In this document: positions 47,998 to 57,731 of the stretch, piece by piece
Layout: the number at the start of each line of letters is the position of its first letter
Position numbering within the stretch: position 1 is the stretch's first letter
Source: a virus
Virus record (IMG/VR): IMGVR_UViG_3300033145_001746
Span: 34,857 to 98,856 of that record
Length of the DNA: 64,000 nucleotides
Reading direction: 5' to 3' (one strand)
Made by a program: the position numbers and the translations under genes
The notes under the pieces: generated by a model
The model's database searches: none
What the model was told of the DNA's origin: nothing
Seen by the model: the letters and a program-made list of their open reading frames with translations, nothing else

Positions 47998-49034
47998 GGC
48001 CTTTTTGCCGTTACATTTGCTAAAACTTCTTGTTCAGATATAAAGGAGCCTTTAAATCTTTTGAAGTTATATTCTGCACAATTTATTATAGCATCACCTT
48101 TGCCTGCCAACCTCTCGGCACCACCTCTGTCTAGGAGCACCCTACTATCCGTGGCAGAACTAACTTGGCAACTTAATCTTGCAGGAAAGTTAGCCTTAAT
48201 TAAGCCAGTTACTACGTCTACTGATGGTCTCTGTGTTGCTACCACCAGGTGTATCCCGCAGGCTCTAGATTTTTGTGCCAACCTACATACAAGATCTTGA
48301 GTTCCTTTCTTAGATGCCATCATAAGATCGGCCAACTCATCAATAACTATAACTATGTAAGGCATCGTATCCTTATAAGTTGTAATGTCTCTACATCCGG
48401 CTTTTTCTAACTTGGAGAACCTTCTCTCCATTTCGTCTATCAAGTTCCTTAACAGTTCTGTTGCATCATTCACAGTACGAGCTACTTTCCCATATAGCTG
48501 GGGAAGTTTATTGTAATATGAAAATTCCACACGCTTCGGATCTATAAGCGCAAAATTAATATAGTGTTTATTTAACAATAGACTATTTATTATGACCTGC
48601 AACATAATGGATTTGCCAGAGCCTGTGGCTCCACCAACTAACAAATGTGGCATCTTCGCAAGATCCACTATAAGCGGTGATCCATCTCTACATTTCCCCA
48701 AGGCTAAAGGCAACTTTGCATCGGAATCTAGAAATTCTTTATTATCAAGCATATCATTGAAAAAAATAGTTTTTGGTTCGGAGACCATGATTTCCATCCT
48801 AATTATGCCCTTTTTTGTTATGGGATAAATTAGGGGCTCGGAAAGAGCTTTCAATGAAAGTGCGATTTCTTTTCTTCGATTATCAATTTTCCTAAAAGTG
48901 CCGCCTGGCTTCAAAATTATGTCAAATGTTAAAAAAGTGTTATCTAATTCAGATTTACATTGTACAATTTCAGCTTTGATCTTGTGCTGTGTAAACAGTG
49001 TGTTAAGAGATTTAATTGCTTCATCCCTTTCCAT
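47970..49034 (-). CDS. ftsK: FtsK/SpoIIIE motor domain protein (no N-terminal TM, no gamma domain)
   Basis: MPHLLVGGATGSGKS, IDPKRVE, IVIDELADLMM, RLAQKSRACGIHLVVATQRPSVDVVTGLIKAN. Confidence 0.92.
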   Translation of the reverse strand: MERDEAIKSLNTLFTQHKIKAEIVQCKSELDNTFLTFDIILKPGGTFRKIDNRRKEIALSLKALSEPLIYPITKKGIIRMEIMVSEPKTIFFNDMLDNKEFLDSDAKLPLALGKCRDGSPLIVDLAKMPHLLVGGATGSGKSIMLQVIINSLLLNKHYINFALIDPKRVEFSYYNKLPQLYGKVARTVNDATELLRNLIDEMERRFSKLEKAGCRDITTYKDTMPYIVIVIDELADLMMASKKGTQDLVCRLAQKSRACGIHLVVATQRPSVDVVTGLIKANFPARLSCQVSSATDSRVLLDRGGAERLAGKGDAIINCAEYNFKRFKGSFISEQEVLANVTAKRPWWRKIWAF

Positions 49035-49043
49035 CTATCTCCT

Positions 49044-49214
49044 TTATTTAAGTTCTCTACGTATCCTTTCACATAATTCTTTTAATAGTCCGTAGGTTTG
49101 CGTTGCTTGCTTATCTTGTGTGCCATGAAGCTTACGATAACAGAATTGATATGTCGCCTCTTCGCTATCCAGCTCAACCAATATCTTAGCAATCACCGCG
49201 TCATACTTTACCAT
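49044..49214 (-). CDS. 56-aa hypothetical protein (not in the ORF track)
   Basis: MVKYDAVIAKILVELDSEEATYQFCYRKLHGTQDKQATQTYGLLKELCERIRRELK*; SD GGAGG; fills the gap. Confidence 0.6.
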   Translation of the reverse strand: MVKYDAVIAKILVELDSEEATYQFCYRKLHGTQDKQATQTYGLLKELCERIRRELK

Positions 49215-49802
49215 TTAATCCTCCACAGATATCTTAATTCCCAACTTTTTGGCCTCTTCTAAAAGATATTGTTTATGTAGCTCTACTTGATCATCAACAT
49301 CTTTCTCTTCGACTACTGGACTTTCACCTTCTAATACAGCCACTCTATCGGATAATTTCTTCACTTCATATGCTAGTTCGTTTCCAGCGTTTCTTAACAG
49401 AAGGCTCAGCCGCGCAGCAAACACGCTTAAACTTAAAACACCCTCGTTTTGTCCAGCGTTAATTCTATCGACAGTTATAGCAGCACGAATAAGTTCATCT
49501 ATAACTCTGTTTTCATGTTCTTTTTCCTTGCTAGAACTGTTGGATGATAGGGTCTTGATGCGAAGCAACTTACTGAATTCTTTCATAGTTCCAACTAATT
49601 CCTGCTTAGCGTTGTTTAGTTGTGATATAAACTTAATAGCGTCTTCTGTAGGAGGTTCTCTCTGTTCAGCAGAAACATCTGGTTGTACGTCACTTATTCT
49701 TCGTGGCCTTTCTGGTTTTGGTTTTTCTGGTCTTGGAGCCTTTGATTTTAGTTTTACACCCCTTGCTGGCCTTATCTGATCCAGCTCTTTTTTGTCTGCC
49801 AT
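49215..49802 (-). CDS. Hypothetical coiled-coil protein
   Basis: Start MADKKE after GGAGG. Confidence 0.65.
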   Translation of the reverse strand: MADKKELDQIRPARGVKLKSKAPRPEKPKPERPRRISDVQPDVSAEQREPPTEDAIKFISQLNNAKQELVGTMKEFSKLLRIKTLSSNSSSKEKEHENRVIDELIRAAITVDRINAGQNEGVLSLSVFAARLSLLLRNAGNELAYEVKKLSDRVAVLEGESPVVEEKDVDDQVELHKQYLLEEAKKLGIKISVED

Positions 49803-50355
49803 GTTTAATAACCTCCATAAGGATTGGAATATGTTTATCCATTTTACTACATTTATCACAGGGAGAAAAGTTATATTCGTTGCTAAACAATCTAAAAATA
49901 CATGATATGTTGTTTACATATTGATGTGTACTGGTACAAAAGAAGTATTGAGGTTCCACAAGCTCGCTAATCTTTTCAGCGTGCTCAAACAATAATTTCT
50001 CACCAATCTTGTCCCTTATACTCTTCTCAACATCCTTCTCTTTTCTAAGTTTTTTGCGCTCTTCTCTGGCCGCGCGTTTCAAAGAAACGTCTTCCTTCTT
50101 TCTTTCTCTTTCTTTCTTTTTGGTAAGCTTTTCTCTTTCTAGTGCGTTCTTTTGACGCGTAGCCCATTTTAGCCATTTGGTGTCTGTTCTCGCCAACTTT
50201 CGCATTTTCTTTAGCGCAGATAATGATGGAAACTTAGGAAGACGCTCCTCTATTAAAGCGAGCCTATCCTTATAGTTGTCCGCATCTTTCCAACACTCGT
50301 ACAATACGTTAAGCTGGACTTTAGTAAATTTTCTCGTTTTATTTTTTTTCGCCAT
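49690..50355 (-). CDS. Basic hypothetical protein with a Cys cluster
   Basis: Lys/Arg-rich; FFC...SC...CDKC. Confidence 0.6.
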   Translation of the reverse strand: MAKKNKTRKFTKVQLNVLYECWKDADNYKDRLALIEERLPKFPSLSALKKMRKLARTDTKWLKWATRQKNALEREKLTKKKERERKKEDVSLKRAAREERKKLRKEKDVEKSIRDKIGEKLLFEHAEKISELVEPQYFFCTSTHQYVNNISCIFRLFSNEYNFSPCDKCSKMDKHIPILMEVIKHGRQKRAGSDKASKGCKTKIKGSKTRKTKTRKATKNK

Positions 50356-50432
50356 GCTTTCTTCAATTTACGCTATGCTGCAAAATCGACATTTCGTCGA
50401 TCGGCAGTTGAAATTATTGATTTTTTGCGATT

Positions 50433-50876
50433 TTAAAGGTTTTCTTCGGAAAGTTTTTTATTGATTGAGATTTCGAGATCTTGTAAACTTTGGTTAGAAT
50501 GCTCAGAATTAGGGTCATTGAGAATAGCCCAACTTATTATGTGTAATAGCTCGTGTACAAAAGCACTTCTAAAAATTCTACCTCTCCATGCTACTTTACA
50601 TAGAGTTGTACTTATAGTGATTCCACTATAAATTTGGTCGTTATGTACAACAACCGTATTTAGTTCTCCTGTACTAGGACGTGGAGCAATATTATTCCAC
50701 CACTCGATAGTTACTACTTTAACTGTATCACGAACCTTATTTTCGTCAAACTGTTTTTTACATTCATCTACAAAAATCTTTAGGGCATTAGAGTGGTCGT
50801 CATCAGATGGTAGACCAGGAATTTTACGCCTATCGATTTTAAGACCTTGAGATGTTTTAGGTTTTCGAAAACACAT
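50433..50876 (-). CDS. Putative zincin-like metalloprotein
   Basis: FVHELLHII (HExxH) with a downstream His (SEHS). Confidence 0.45.
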   Translation of the reverse strand: MCFRKPKTSQGLKIDRRKIPGLPSDDDHSNALKIFVDECKKQFDENKVRDTVKVVTIEWWNNIAPRPSTGELNTVVVHNDQIYSGITISTTLCKVAWRGRIFRSAFVHELLHIISWAILNDPNSEHSNQSLQDLEISINKKLSEENL

Positions 50877-51241
50877 TATCTATATGACCTTATAGTACAG
50901 CGAATACGCTCTTTAAATGGCGCTCTAGAAAAACCCTTTACTGTAAAAACGGCATCGTTTCTGGCTTTTACAAATTGAACCTTTGTACCAAACAGTACTC
51001 CGTCATCGATAAATATACACTTAACTTTCACATCAACATCTCTATATTTTTTATTAATAACTCTTAAGGTTATTGCTCTTAAACTCGGAACGGCATTATT
51101 TGGTGTGCTGTTCATCCATAAATAAGAGGGGTCTAAATAGATATCATCTTTAACTGTACTGTGGTCAAACGCTGGTCCGTGAGCACAAGCCACAAAGGCA
51201 AACATAATAAGTGCGCAAAGACTGATTAATAATTTTTTCAT
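50876..51241 (-). CDS. Lipoprotein
   Basis: MKK + hydrophobic core + lipobox FVAC. Confidence 0.7.
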   Translation of the reverse strand: MKKLLISLCALIMFAFVACAHGPAFDHSTVKDDIYLDPSYLWMNSTPNNAVPSLRAITLRVINKKYRDVDVKVKCIFIDDGVLFGTKVQFVKARNDAVFTVKGFSRAPFKERIRCTIRSYR

Positions 51242-52366
51242 TTAATCCTCCGTATTAGCAACTCGCAGAGCATCTCTTATATAAATAGCTGCTAATGTTA
51301 TTTCTTCCTCTGTATTAAATCGTCCAATTCCTATCCTTAAAGATCTATATATTTCTTCTTCTGGAATAGAAACTGCTTTAAGAACATATGATTGTTCGTT
51401 ATGAAGAGACATACACGCGCTGCCAAAAGATACAGCAACATATGGCTCTAAATCTGACATAAAAACGTCCATGTTTGTACATGGAACTGCTAAACTTACT
51501 GTGTTGGCAACAGCGTGCGAAAAATTATGTATGGTTATGTCGGGCACCATTTCTTGAAGACATTCACAAAAAACTTTCCTCAAGTTTAAAATTTTACTAT
51601 TTACTAAATCATGTTCCTTGGACATGATCTCACACGCTTTTCCAAATCCAACTATACCAGGAACGTTCTGGGTTCCAGGTCTTAAACCAAATTCATGAGA
51701 AGTGCCAGGAAACAAAGGTACTATTTTATCAGGATCTGCTACATATAAGGCTCCAACACCTTTGGGCCCATAGATTTTATGTGCAGAAAATGAGGCAGAG
51801 TCAACTTTAGAATCCTTAACATCTATTTTAATTTTACCAAGTGCTTGGGCCATATCTGAATGAACAAATGTATACCATGGCACCACACCTTTAACGGTTC
51901 TAACTGGCTGGATAGTTCCTATTTCATTATTAACCTTCATAATAAAAACGCCACAAATGTCACTATCTGCCGTATCCAAAAGATGTCTGAAGTCGTTAAG
52001 GTCGACCAGCCCATCTGATTTAGTTATTATTGTATCTGCGTGCCAATTGTCTTCTAGAGCAACTTTAATAGAGCTATGTTCAATGCCGCTAGAAATAATA
52101 TTTCCACCTTGAGATACTATTTTATGAAGAACTATATTGTTAGACTCTGTGGCACCACTTGTAAAAATTATTTGGTCTGGCTCAGCATTAATAAGGGCAG
52201 CAACTTGTTCCCTAGCTGTTTCTAAAGCCTCTTCTGCTTGCCAACCGTATCTATGAGTCCTGCTAGAAGGATTCCCATAACATTCAGTCAAATATGGCAT
52301 CATGGCTTCAAGAACACGAGGATCTATACGTGTTGTGGCGTGATTATCTAAATATATTGACTTCAT
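51242..52366 (-). CDS. iscS: Cysteine desulfurase (IscS/NifS group I)
   Basis: IYLDNHATT, YGNPSS, FTSGATESNN, NNEIGT, SAHKIYGPKG (PLP Lys), GSAC (catalytic Cys). Confidence 0.93.
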   Translation of the reverse strand: MKSIYLDNHATTRIDPRVLEAMMPYLTECYGNPSSRTHRYGWQAEEALETAREQVAALINAEPDQIIFTSGATESNNIVLHKIVSQGGNIISSGIEHSSIKVALEDNWHADTIITKSDGLVDLNDFRHLLDTADSDICGVFIMKVNNEIGTIQPVRTVKGVVPWYTFVHSDMAQALGKIKIDVKDSKVDSASFSAHKIYGPKGVGALYVADPDKIVPLFPGTSHEFGLRPGTQNVPGIVGFGKACEIMSKEHDLVNSKILNLRKVFCECLQEMVPDITIHNFSHAVANTVSLAVPCTNMDVFMSDLEPYVAVSFGSACMSLHNEQSYVLKAVSIPEEEIYRSLRIGIGRFNTEEEITLAAIYIRDALRVANTED

Positions 52367-52372
52367 AACTTC

Positions 52373-53659
52373 CTATAATGCTTCTGTACTTAAAACTCCA
52401 GTTGGAGCTACAACTAACTTCCACATAGAACCATCCGAAGCAGTTAATTTTACATAACTATACCCATCTTCAGTAAGTCTGACACCTATTCCATATTCAT
52501 CCATATAATGTAGATCATTATATCCATCTATTTGTTTGACGTGTAACATACCTTTCAAAGGAATTGGGGTCGGATCAGAAATACTGTTGAGCGTTAAATA
52601 ACCGTCAAGTTCTAATGCCTCAGCACCAGAGGCATCTATAACTACAGCACCGGTATCTGCTGTAATAGTTCTTCCAGAGCCCGCGCCGGCCTCATCATAA
52701 GCTTGATCTAATGACACAGTATGTGGATTCACAAGATCGGCAAGATGATCTTCCACATCATTTCCAAGGTCTCCAATATAACCGTCAACCCCAGCAAGAT
52801 GAGCTGTAAGTTCATCAACATTAGTAACTTCACCTGGAGAAGTTGTGGGAACATAGTGAGTAGGAGTAAAATCTATATCAAGTATATCACCGTCTATCTC
52901 ATCTGTTCCACCTCTTATATGAGATGCGTCATGATCTACATTAGCATATCCATCTAACTCAGATCTATCAAATAATGTGGCGTCCGTGATTGCCACATTA
53001 AGTTCGGCAAGAGTGCCTGTACCAAGGTTATCTATATCGGTAGCGTGTGGATTCACAAGATCAGCCAAATGATCTTCTACATCGTTTCCAAGATCTCCAA
53101 TATATCCATCAACACCTGCTAAATGTGCTGTTAATTCATCTACACCAGTAACTTCACCTGGGGAAGTTGTGGGAACATAGTTAGTAGGAGTAAAATCTAT
53201 ATCCAAAACATCGCCGTCTATCTCATCACTGCCTCCGCTAATATGAGATGGAGCATGAGCTGCGGGAGCAACAACATTGTTATCAATAGCCAGAAAAGCT
53301 TCATGTAAAGAACCAGACCATCCTGTGGTATTTCCACTCTCATCAAAGTTATCTTCTTCACCGGTAGCAGGAATGCGCATACTTAAATTAGCAGTTCGAA
53401 CTGCTCCAATTGCTATATCAGTAATGGCACCATTTACTGTAAGCCTTATTCTATATGATCCTACAATATCTGGGGTAAATGAAGAAGTCTGAGCAGTGGG
53501 AGTCGCTAAAGTTGACGCAGAACCTGGTGGCACAGATAAGAGTTCCCAAAGTCTAGAAATTGCGCCCGTTCCAGCATCATTTAAATTAACTAAAACGCCA
53601 GTGCTCAAGTCACTTCGACTACCAGATGCACCATTGATTTGAATTACGGCTGTGGCCAT
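52373..53659 (-). CDS. Putative virion fibre/decoration protein with a PKD-like N-terminal domain and a 71-aa duplication
   Basis: WELLSVPPGS...FTPDIVGSYRIRLTVN; two HxxSHIxGGxDEIDGD...HLADLVNPH repeats; recurrent DGY; preceded by the promoter motif. Confidence 0.6.
   Translation of the reverse strand: MATAVIQINGASGSRSDLSTGVLVNLNDAGTGAISRLWELLSVPPGSASTLATPTAQTSSFTPDIVGSYRIRLTVNGAITDIAIGAVRTANLSMRIPATGEEDNFDESGNTTGWSGSLHEAFLAIDNNVVAPAAHAPSHISGGSDEIDGDVLDIDFTPTNYVPTTSPGEVTGVDELTAHLAGVDGYIGDLGNDVEDHLADLVNPHATDIDNLGTGTLAELNVAITDATLFDRSELDGYANVDHDASHIRGGTDEIDGDILDIDFTPTHYVPTTSPGEVTNVDELTAHLAGVDGYIGDLGNDVEDHLADLVNPHTVSLDQAYDEAGAGSGRTITADTGAVVIDASGAEALELDGYLTLNSISDPTPIPLKGMLHVKQIDGYNDLHYMDEYGIGVRLTEDGYSYVKLTASDGSMWKLVVAPTGVLSTEAL
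52721..53257 (-). repeat. Two ~213-nt coding repeats (52721-52933 and 53045-53257)
   Basis: Nearly identical peptides, 324 nt apart, with synonymous divergence. Confidence 0.85.
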
Positions 53660-53704
53660 TAATTTGATCCTCCTGCCAAAACTATAGATGTTTTCTATAA
53701 TAAT

Positions 53705-53721
53705 TACTAATATATTAGTAG
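53705..53721 (-). promoter_or_regulatory. Candidate late promoter CTACTAATA within the perfect palindrome TACTAATATATTAGTA
   Basis: About 54 nt upstream of the ATG at 53659. Confidence 0.5.
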
Positions 53722-53780
53722 ATATGGTCAGGATGGATCAGAGTCTACACATCGATGTTTGCCGCTTCACTATAATGTTT

Positions 53781-54499
53781 TTAGGATAAATTATATTTAA
53801 TGGTCATTTCTTTTTTAAAACGATTCATTTCCTCTTCTTCAAATTTGGCACTTTTCTTTAAATTATCACTACTTAGGAGCCACTGATGGTTTTCTGGCGC
53901 GCAGGCTATGCGAAATTCTTTTGAATCGGATAAACAAAAGGCACTTAGCGGGAAAATGTGATCAATATGGTATTCAGATAATTTCCCTGGACATTTGCCG
54001 AGAAAGTCAACAATTCCATTAAAATCGATGTATAGGTCCTTATAAATCTGGATGTTTTATAGCAAGACTCGCAGAGAGGGTTGTTTTTTCCTGTTTTAAT
54101 TATCTTTACTTTATTACACTTGTTACATTTGTGTCTATTTTCTTTTTTGTAGCATTCAGGACAAATAGGGCTATTTCCTCTTCTTTTAGCAACTGGCGAT
54201 AACTTCCCACAATTAACACATTTCTCCAAGCACATTTCATATCTGCAAGAACCACAAAACTTTTTATCTCCATCACGTTTTTTGATAGGTTTTATTTTTT
54301 TACAGATAAAACAAACATCTTTTTTCCTATTACATTCTTGACATATTGCTTGTCCATCTATTCTAGCATTTACTGTTCTTATATTATTACATTTTATACA
54401 TTTTTCTTTGTTTTTCTTAGAATAGCAATTAAAACACAAAATACCATTTTTACTAGCCGCTACTCTTTTGTTTTTGAAACAAACAGAACATATCGCCAT
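53781..54499 (-). pseudogene. Frameshifted family A HNH endonuclease (copy 4)
   Basis: Cys repeats in frame 0. The -1 frame from ~54050 reads YKDLYIDFNGIVDFLGKCPG..EYHIDHIFPLSAF...APENHQWL...DNLKK to TAA at 53781. The linker helix of the paralogues is missing. Confidence 0.8.
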
Positions 54500-54509
54500 A
54501 CGTACTATA

Positions 54510-57500
54510 TCATATATCTAATCTCCCAGTTTTATTAAAATTTTGGTAAATAAATTCTTTTCTGGCCTTTATATTAGAGCCCATTAATACATTAAAAATC
54601 TTGTCAGCCTCTACATAATTATTGATTGTGACTTTTAACAATGTTCTAAGTTCTGGATTCATAGTAGTTTCCCATAATTGAAGACCAGAAAGTTCTCCCA
54701 ATCCCTTAAATCTCTGCATGTTAATAGATTTATTCTCTAAATTATACTTTTTTGAAAATATTTTTAACTCTCTATCACCTTTTAAGTAATAAGACTTTCC
54801 TCGCATATTAACTTTATACAGGGGCGGACAAGCAATATATATATTCCCGTTCACAATAAGTTGTGGCATTTGCCTGAAGAAAAACGTTAACAATAACGTG
54901 CGGATGTGGGACCCATCAACATCTGAATCCATACATAGTATAATTTTACCATATCTGAGCGCAGCCAAATTTAATGATTTTCCAATACCTATTCCAATTG
55001 CTGTGATAAGATTTGTAAGTTCCTCATTATCCATCAAGGCTTTAAATTCTTTTTTCTCAATATTTAGCACCTTACCACGAAGTGGCAAAATAGCTTGGAA
55101 TCTCCTATCTCTACCCTGCTTAGCTGAATTATGTACAAATATTCCAGATGCCAGCGCAAAATTGTGAGTATCTGGAACTTCTAAATCATAAACATCTGTT
55201 TTTCCTTTTAATTTAACGATTTTTGTTATTTTATGATTATGACATTTTAAGGCATCCATCATATCGCTTTCATTTCCATCAAAATATCGTTCCAAAAATG
55301 TTCTTTTACTTAATACTGACTTATCTTTATGTTCAATTCTTTTCTTATCGAACAAATCTATTGAATTATGTTCGTCATAGACTTTTCTCATAAAATCAAT
55401 AGTTTTTCTATAATACGTTGCTTTTAAGGCTTTCTTCCTTTTCCTGCGAAATTCGTCAGTCCACTGTTCCTTTGTTTTTTCACGTCTCCAATTTAACAAT
55501 TCGTCGTTAGCCCATTGTTCTTTAGCTTTTTGTCTATGATGTTCGACCGCTTCTGGATGCTCTTTAAAATATTTCAGTTTAGATTCGCTCATTTCTTTTC
55601 TATGTTCATCGTTTTGCCAATATTTTTCTGCAGCTTCTCTTAATTGTTGGTTATTTTGTTTTCTATATTCTTCATTACTGTAATAAAACTCTAACCATTT
55701 TTCTCTCATATATTTTTTATAATCTTCGTCCTCCCACTGTTTTTTAGCTCTTTCAGATAGCATTTTAGACATTTCTGGAGTTGACATTATGTCACTCATT
55801 TTTTTTCTAAACTCGGGGGTTTGCCTCAAAATCCTTAACTTTTCAAGTACCTCTGGAGTACGCAAATTTAAATCTGCCATTTTACGATGTAGTTCTAAAT
55901 GATCGTCTTTAAGCATTCTAATAATGTTAGATGGATTATTATTTAATTTATTAAAATCTAAATGGTGTCGATGTTTTCCAAAAACTTCACCATACTTTTT
56001 AATATCTATATTATATTTATCTGCCAATACGTGTGTAAAAACCCACCTATTTTCGATATTTTCCCAAACCATTTCATATCCTTTAATTGTAATACGATTC
56101 TCGCATTTGGATAATTTTTTATATAATGGGAATATACTATCGCCTTCAGATAGGTATTGTATTTCTTTATATGATCCATCTATCAACATAAACAAGTGGT
56201 CGGGGGTACAAATAATTTTATGTCCATTATCAAGTGTAACCTCTATAACTTCTTGATTTGTATCAGTTTTTCTTGGATTTATTATTGGTTTAATACATAT
56301 TTTTCTTTTACTATTAATAGAATAACAGTAATTTTGAACTCCCTGTTTATGTTCTACTATAAGTTCTTTAAAAGACAACTCTCGTCCATCAGTTAGTAAA
56401 ACTTTGGTATCTCCAGAAAAGCAGCCCCCGGCTGACGAGCCTTCAACTATGAACAACTCACACAAATCTGGATCCTTTTCTTGGCAGTCTGCGAGTTTAC
56501 CTGGCAAAACACCTGCCCCACTCGACATAACAGATTTCCTGACTGCCTCACGTGCCTTCTTAGCTGCTTCACGAGCCTTCCAGGCGTTCACACACCTTGA
56601 GACAATCTTCTTCGCTATAGACGGGTTCTGCTCCAAAAAAGATAGTAGGCAACTAGATACCACATTTTCTACGGGTTGTCTTGCATCTTCAGAAACAAGC
56701 TTATGCTTTACCTGTGAATCAAATTTGGGGTCAGGATGCCTAATACTCACAACTGCAGCCAAGCCCTCTCTAATATCTTCCCCAGAAAGAGAAATCTTCA
56801 ATGATTTCGGCAAGTCAGACGCCGCAATAAAATTATTTATTGTTCTGGTCAAACCAGCTTTAAACCCAGACATATGGGAGCCGCCCTCTGGATTAGGAAT
56901 ATTATTGGTATAATACTTACAAATCTCTTTATCTACAGTATTGCCCATCCATTGTAGAGCAACATCTACTGTTACCTCTCCATCATTTTTATTTATAACA
57001 GACTTCGCAAATGTTATTGGCGGAGCCAGTAAGTCTCCTTTCGAAAGGTGCCGGATAAATCCAGACATGTCGCTCTCGCCACCAAAGATTTCTTTAGTTT
57101 TACGGATTTCATCAACAAATTCAATTGTTAAACCCCTACAAAGAAACGATAGTTCCATTAATTTGTTTTTTATTATCATTGGATCGAACTTTGTAATATT
57201 TTTAAATATGGTTAAATCTGGCCCAAACCTTATAAAGGTTCCTGTCGCCTTCCCTCTAGCCTTCTTTTCGGTAAGATCTTCAACTTTTTTGCCTTTGGCG
57301 AAAGCCATTGAATATTCTTTCCCATCTCTCCTTACAACCACTTTAAGGCGAGATGAAAGAGCATTTACTACGGAGGCACCCAATCCGTGTAGGCCGCCAC
57401 TAACCTTATAGTTAGTTTTATCAAACTTGCCCCCAGCATGTAGAGAAGTTAAAATTACTTCTAGAGCAGACATTTTTTCCTTTACCATTCTATATATCGG

Positions 57501-57731
57501 AATTCCACGACCGGTGTCGCCGACAGATGCTGAGCCATCTTCATGTAAAGTCACAGTTATTTTATCACAATAACCAGCTAAGTATTCATCGACGCTATTA
57601 TCTAATATTTCCATAACCATATGGTGTAAGGCTTCGTTATTATGGAGGTTTCCTATAAACATGGAAGGAATTTTGCGAACAGCGGCTAAACCTTCTAATA
57701 CGGTAATTTTATAATCATCTTGCTTCATCAT
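54510..57731 (-). CDS. gyrB: DNA gyrase/type IIA topoisomerase subunit B with intein (641-aa extein)
   Basis: EILDNSVDE, DTGRGIP, LHAGGKF, GGLHGLGASVVNALS, LPGKLADC, VEGSSAGG|SAKQGR, PLRGK, DSDVDG, RFKGLGE. Confidence 0.95.
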   Translation of the reverse strand: MMKQDDYKITVLEGLAAVRKIPSMFIGNLHNNEALHHMVMEILDNSVDEYLAGYCDKITVTLHEDGSASVGDTGRGIPIYRMVKEKMSALEVILTSLHAGGKFDKTNYKVSGGLHGLGASVVNALSSRLKVVVRRDGKEYSMAFAKGKKVEDLTEKKARGKATGTFIRFGPDLTIFKNITKFDPMIIKNKLMELSFLCRGLTIEFVDEIRKTKEIFGGESDMSGFIRHLSKGDLLAPPITFAKSVINKNDGEVTVDVALQWMGNTVDKEICKYYTNNIPNPEGGSHMSGFKAGLTRTINNFIAASDLPKSLKISLSGEDIREGLAAVVSIRHPDPKFDSQVKHKLVSEDARQPVENVVSSCLLSFLEQNPSIAKKIVSRCVNAWKAREAAKKAREAVRKSVMSSGAGVLPGKLADCQEKDPDLCELFIVEGSSAGGCFSGDTKVLLTDGRELSFKELIVEHKQGVQNYCYSINSKRKICIKPIINPRKTDTNQEVIEVTLDNGHKIICTPDHLFMLIDGSYKEIQYLSEGDSIFPLYKKLSKCENRITIKGYEMVWENIENRWVFTHVLADKYNIDIKKYGEVFGKHRHHLDFNKLNNNPSNIIRMLKDDHLELHRKMADLNLRTPEVLEKLRILRQTPEFRKKMSDIMSTPEMSKMLSERAKKQWEDEDYKKYMREKWLEFYYSNEEYRKQNNQQLREAAEKYWQNDEHRKEMSESKLKYFKEHPEAVEHHRQKAKEQWANDELLNWRREKTKEQWTDEFRRKRKKALKATYYRKTIDFMRKVYDEHNSIDLFDKKRIEHKDKSVLSKRTFLERYFDGNESDMMDALKCHNHKITKIVKLKGKTDVYDLEVPDTHNFALASGIFVHNSAKQGRDRRFQAILPLRGKVLNIEKKEFKALMDNEELTNLITAIGIGIGKSLNLAALRYGKIILCMDSDVDGSHIRTLLLTFFFRQMPQLIVNGNIYIACPPLYKVNMRGKSYYLKGDRELKIFSKKYNLENKSINMQRFKGLGELSGLQLWETTMNPELRTLLKVTINNYVEADKIFNVLMGSNIKARKEFIYQNFNKTGRLDI
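55128..56423 (-). mobile_element. GyrB intein (432 aa) with HNH endonuclease, Ssp GyrB-like
   Basis: CFSGDTKVLLTDGRELSF...CTPDHLF...HHLDFNKLNNNPSNI...VYDLEVPDTHNFALASGIFVHN|S. Confidence 0.93.

Noticed and set aside
54030-54060. Programmed -1 frameshift producing a full HNH protein
   Set aside because: No canonical slippery heptamer is evident, and the linker helix present in the paralogues is missing, so deletion-driven decay (or an assembly error) is simpler.
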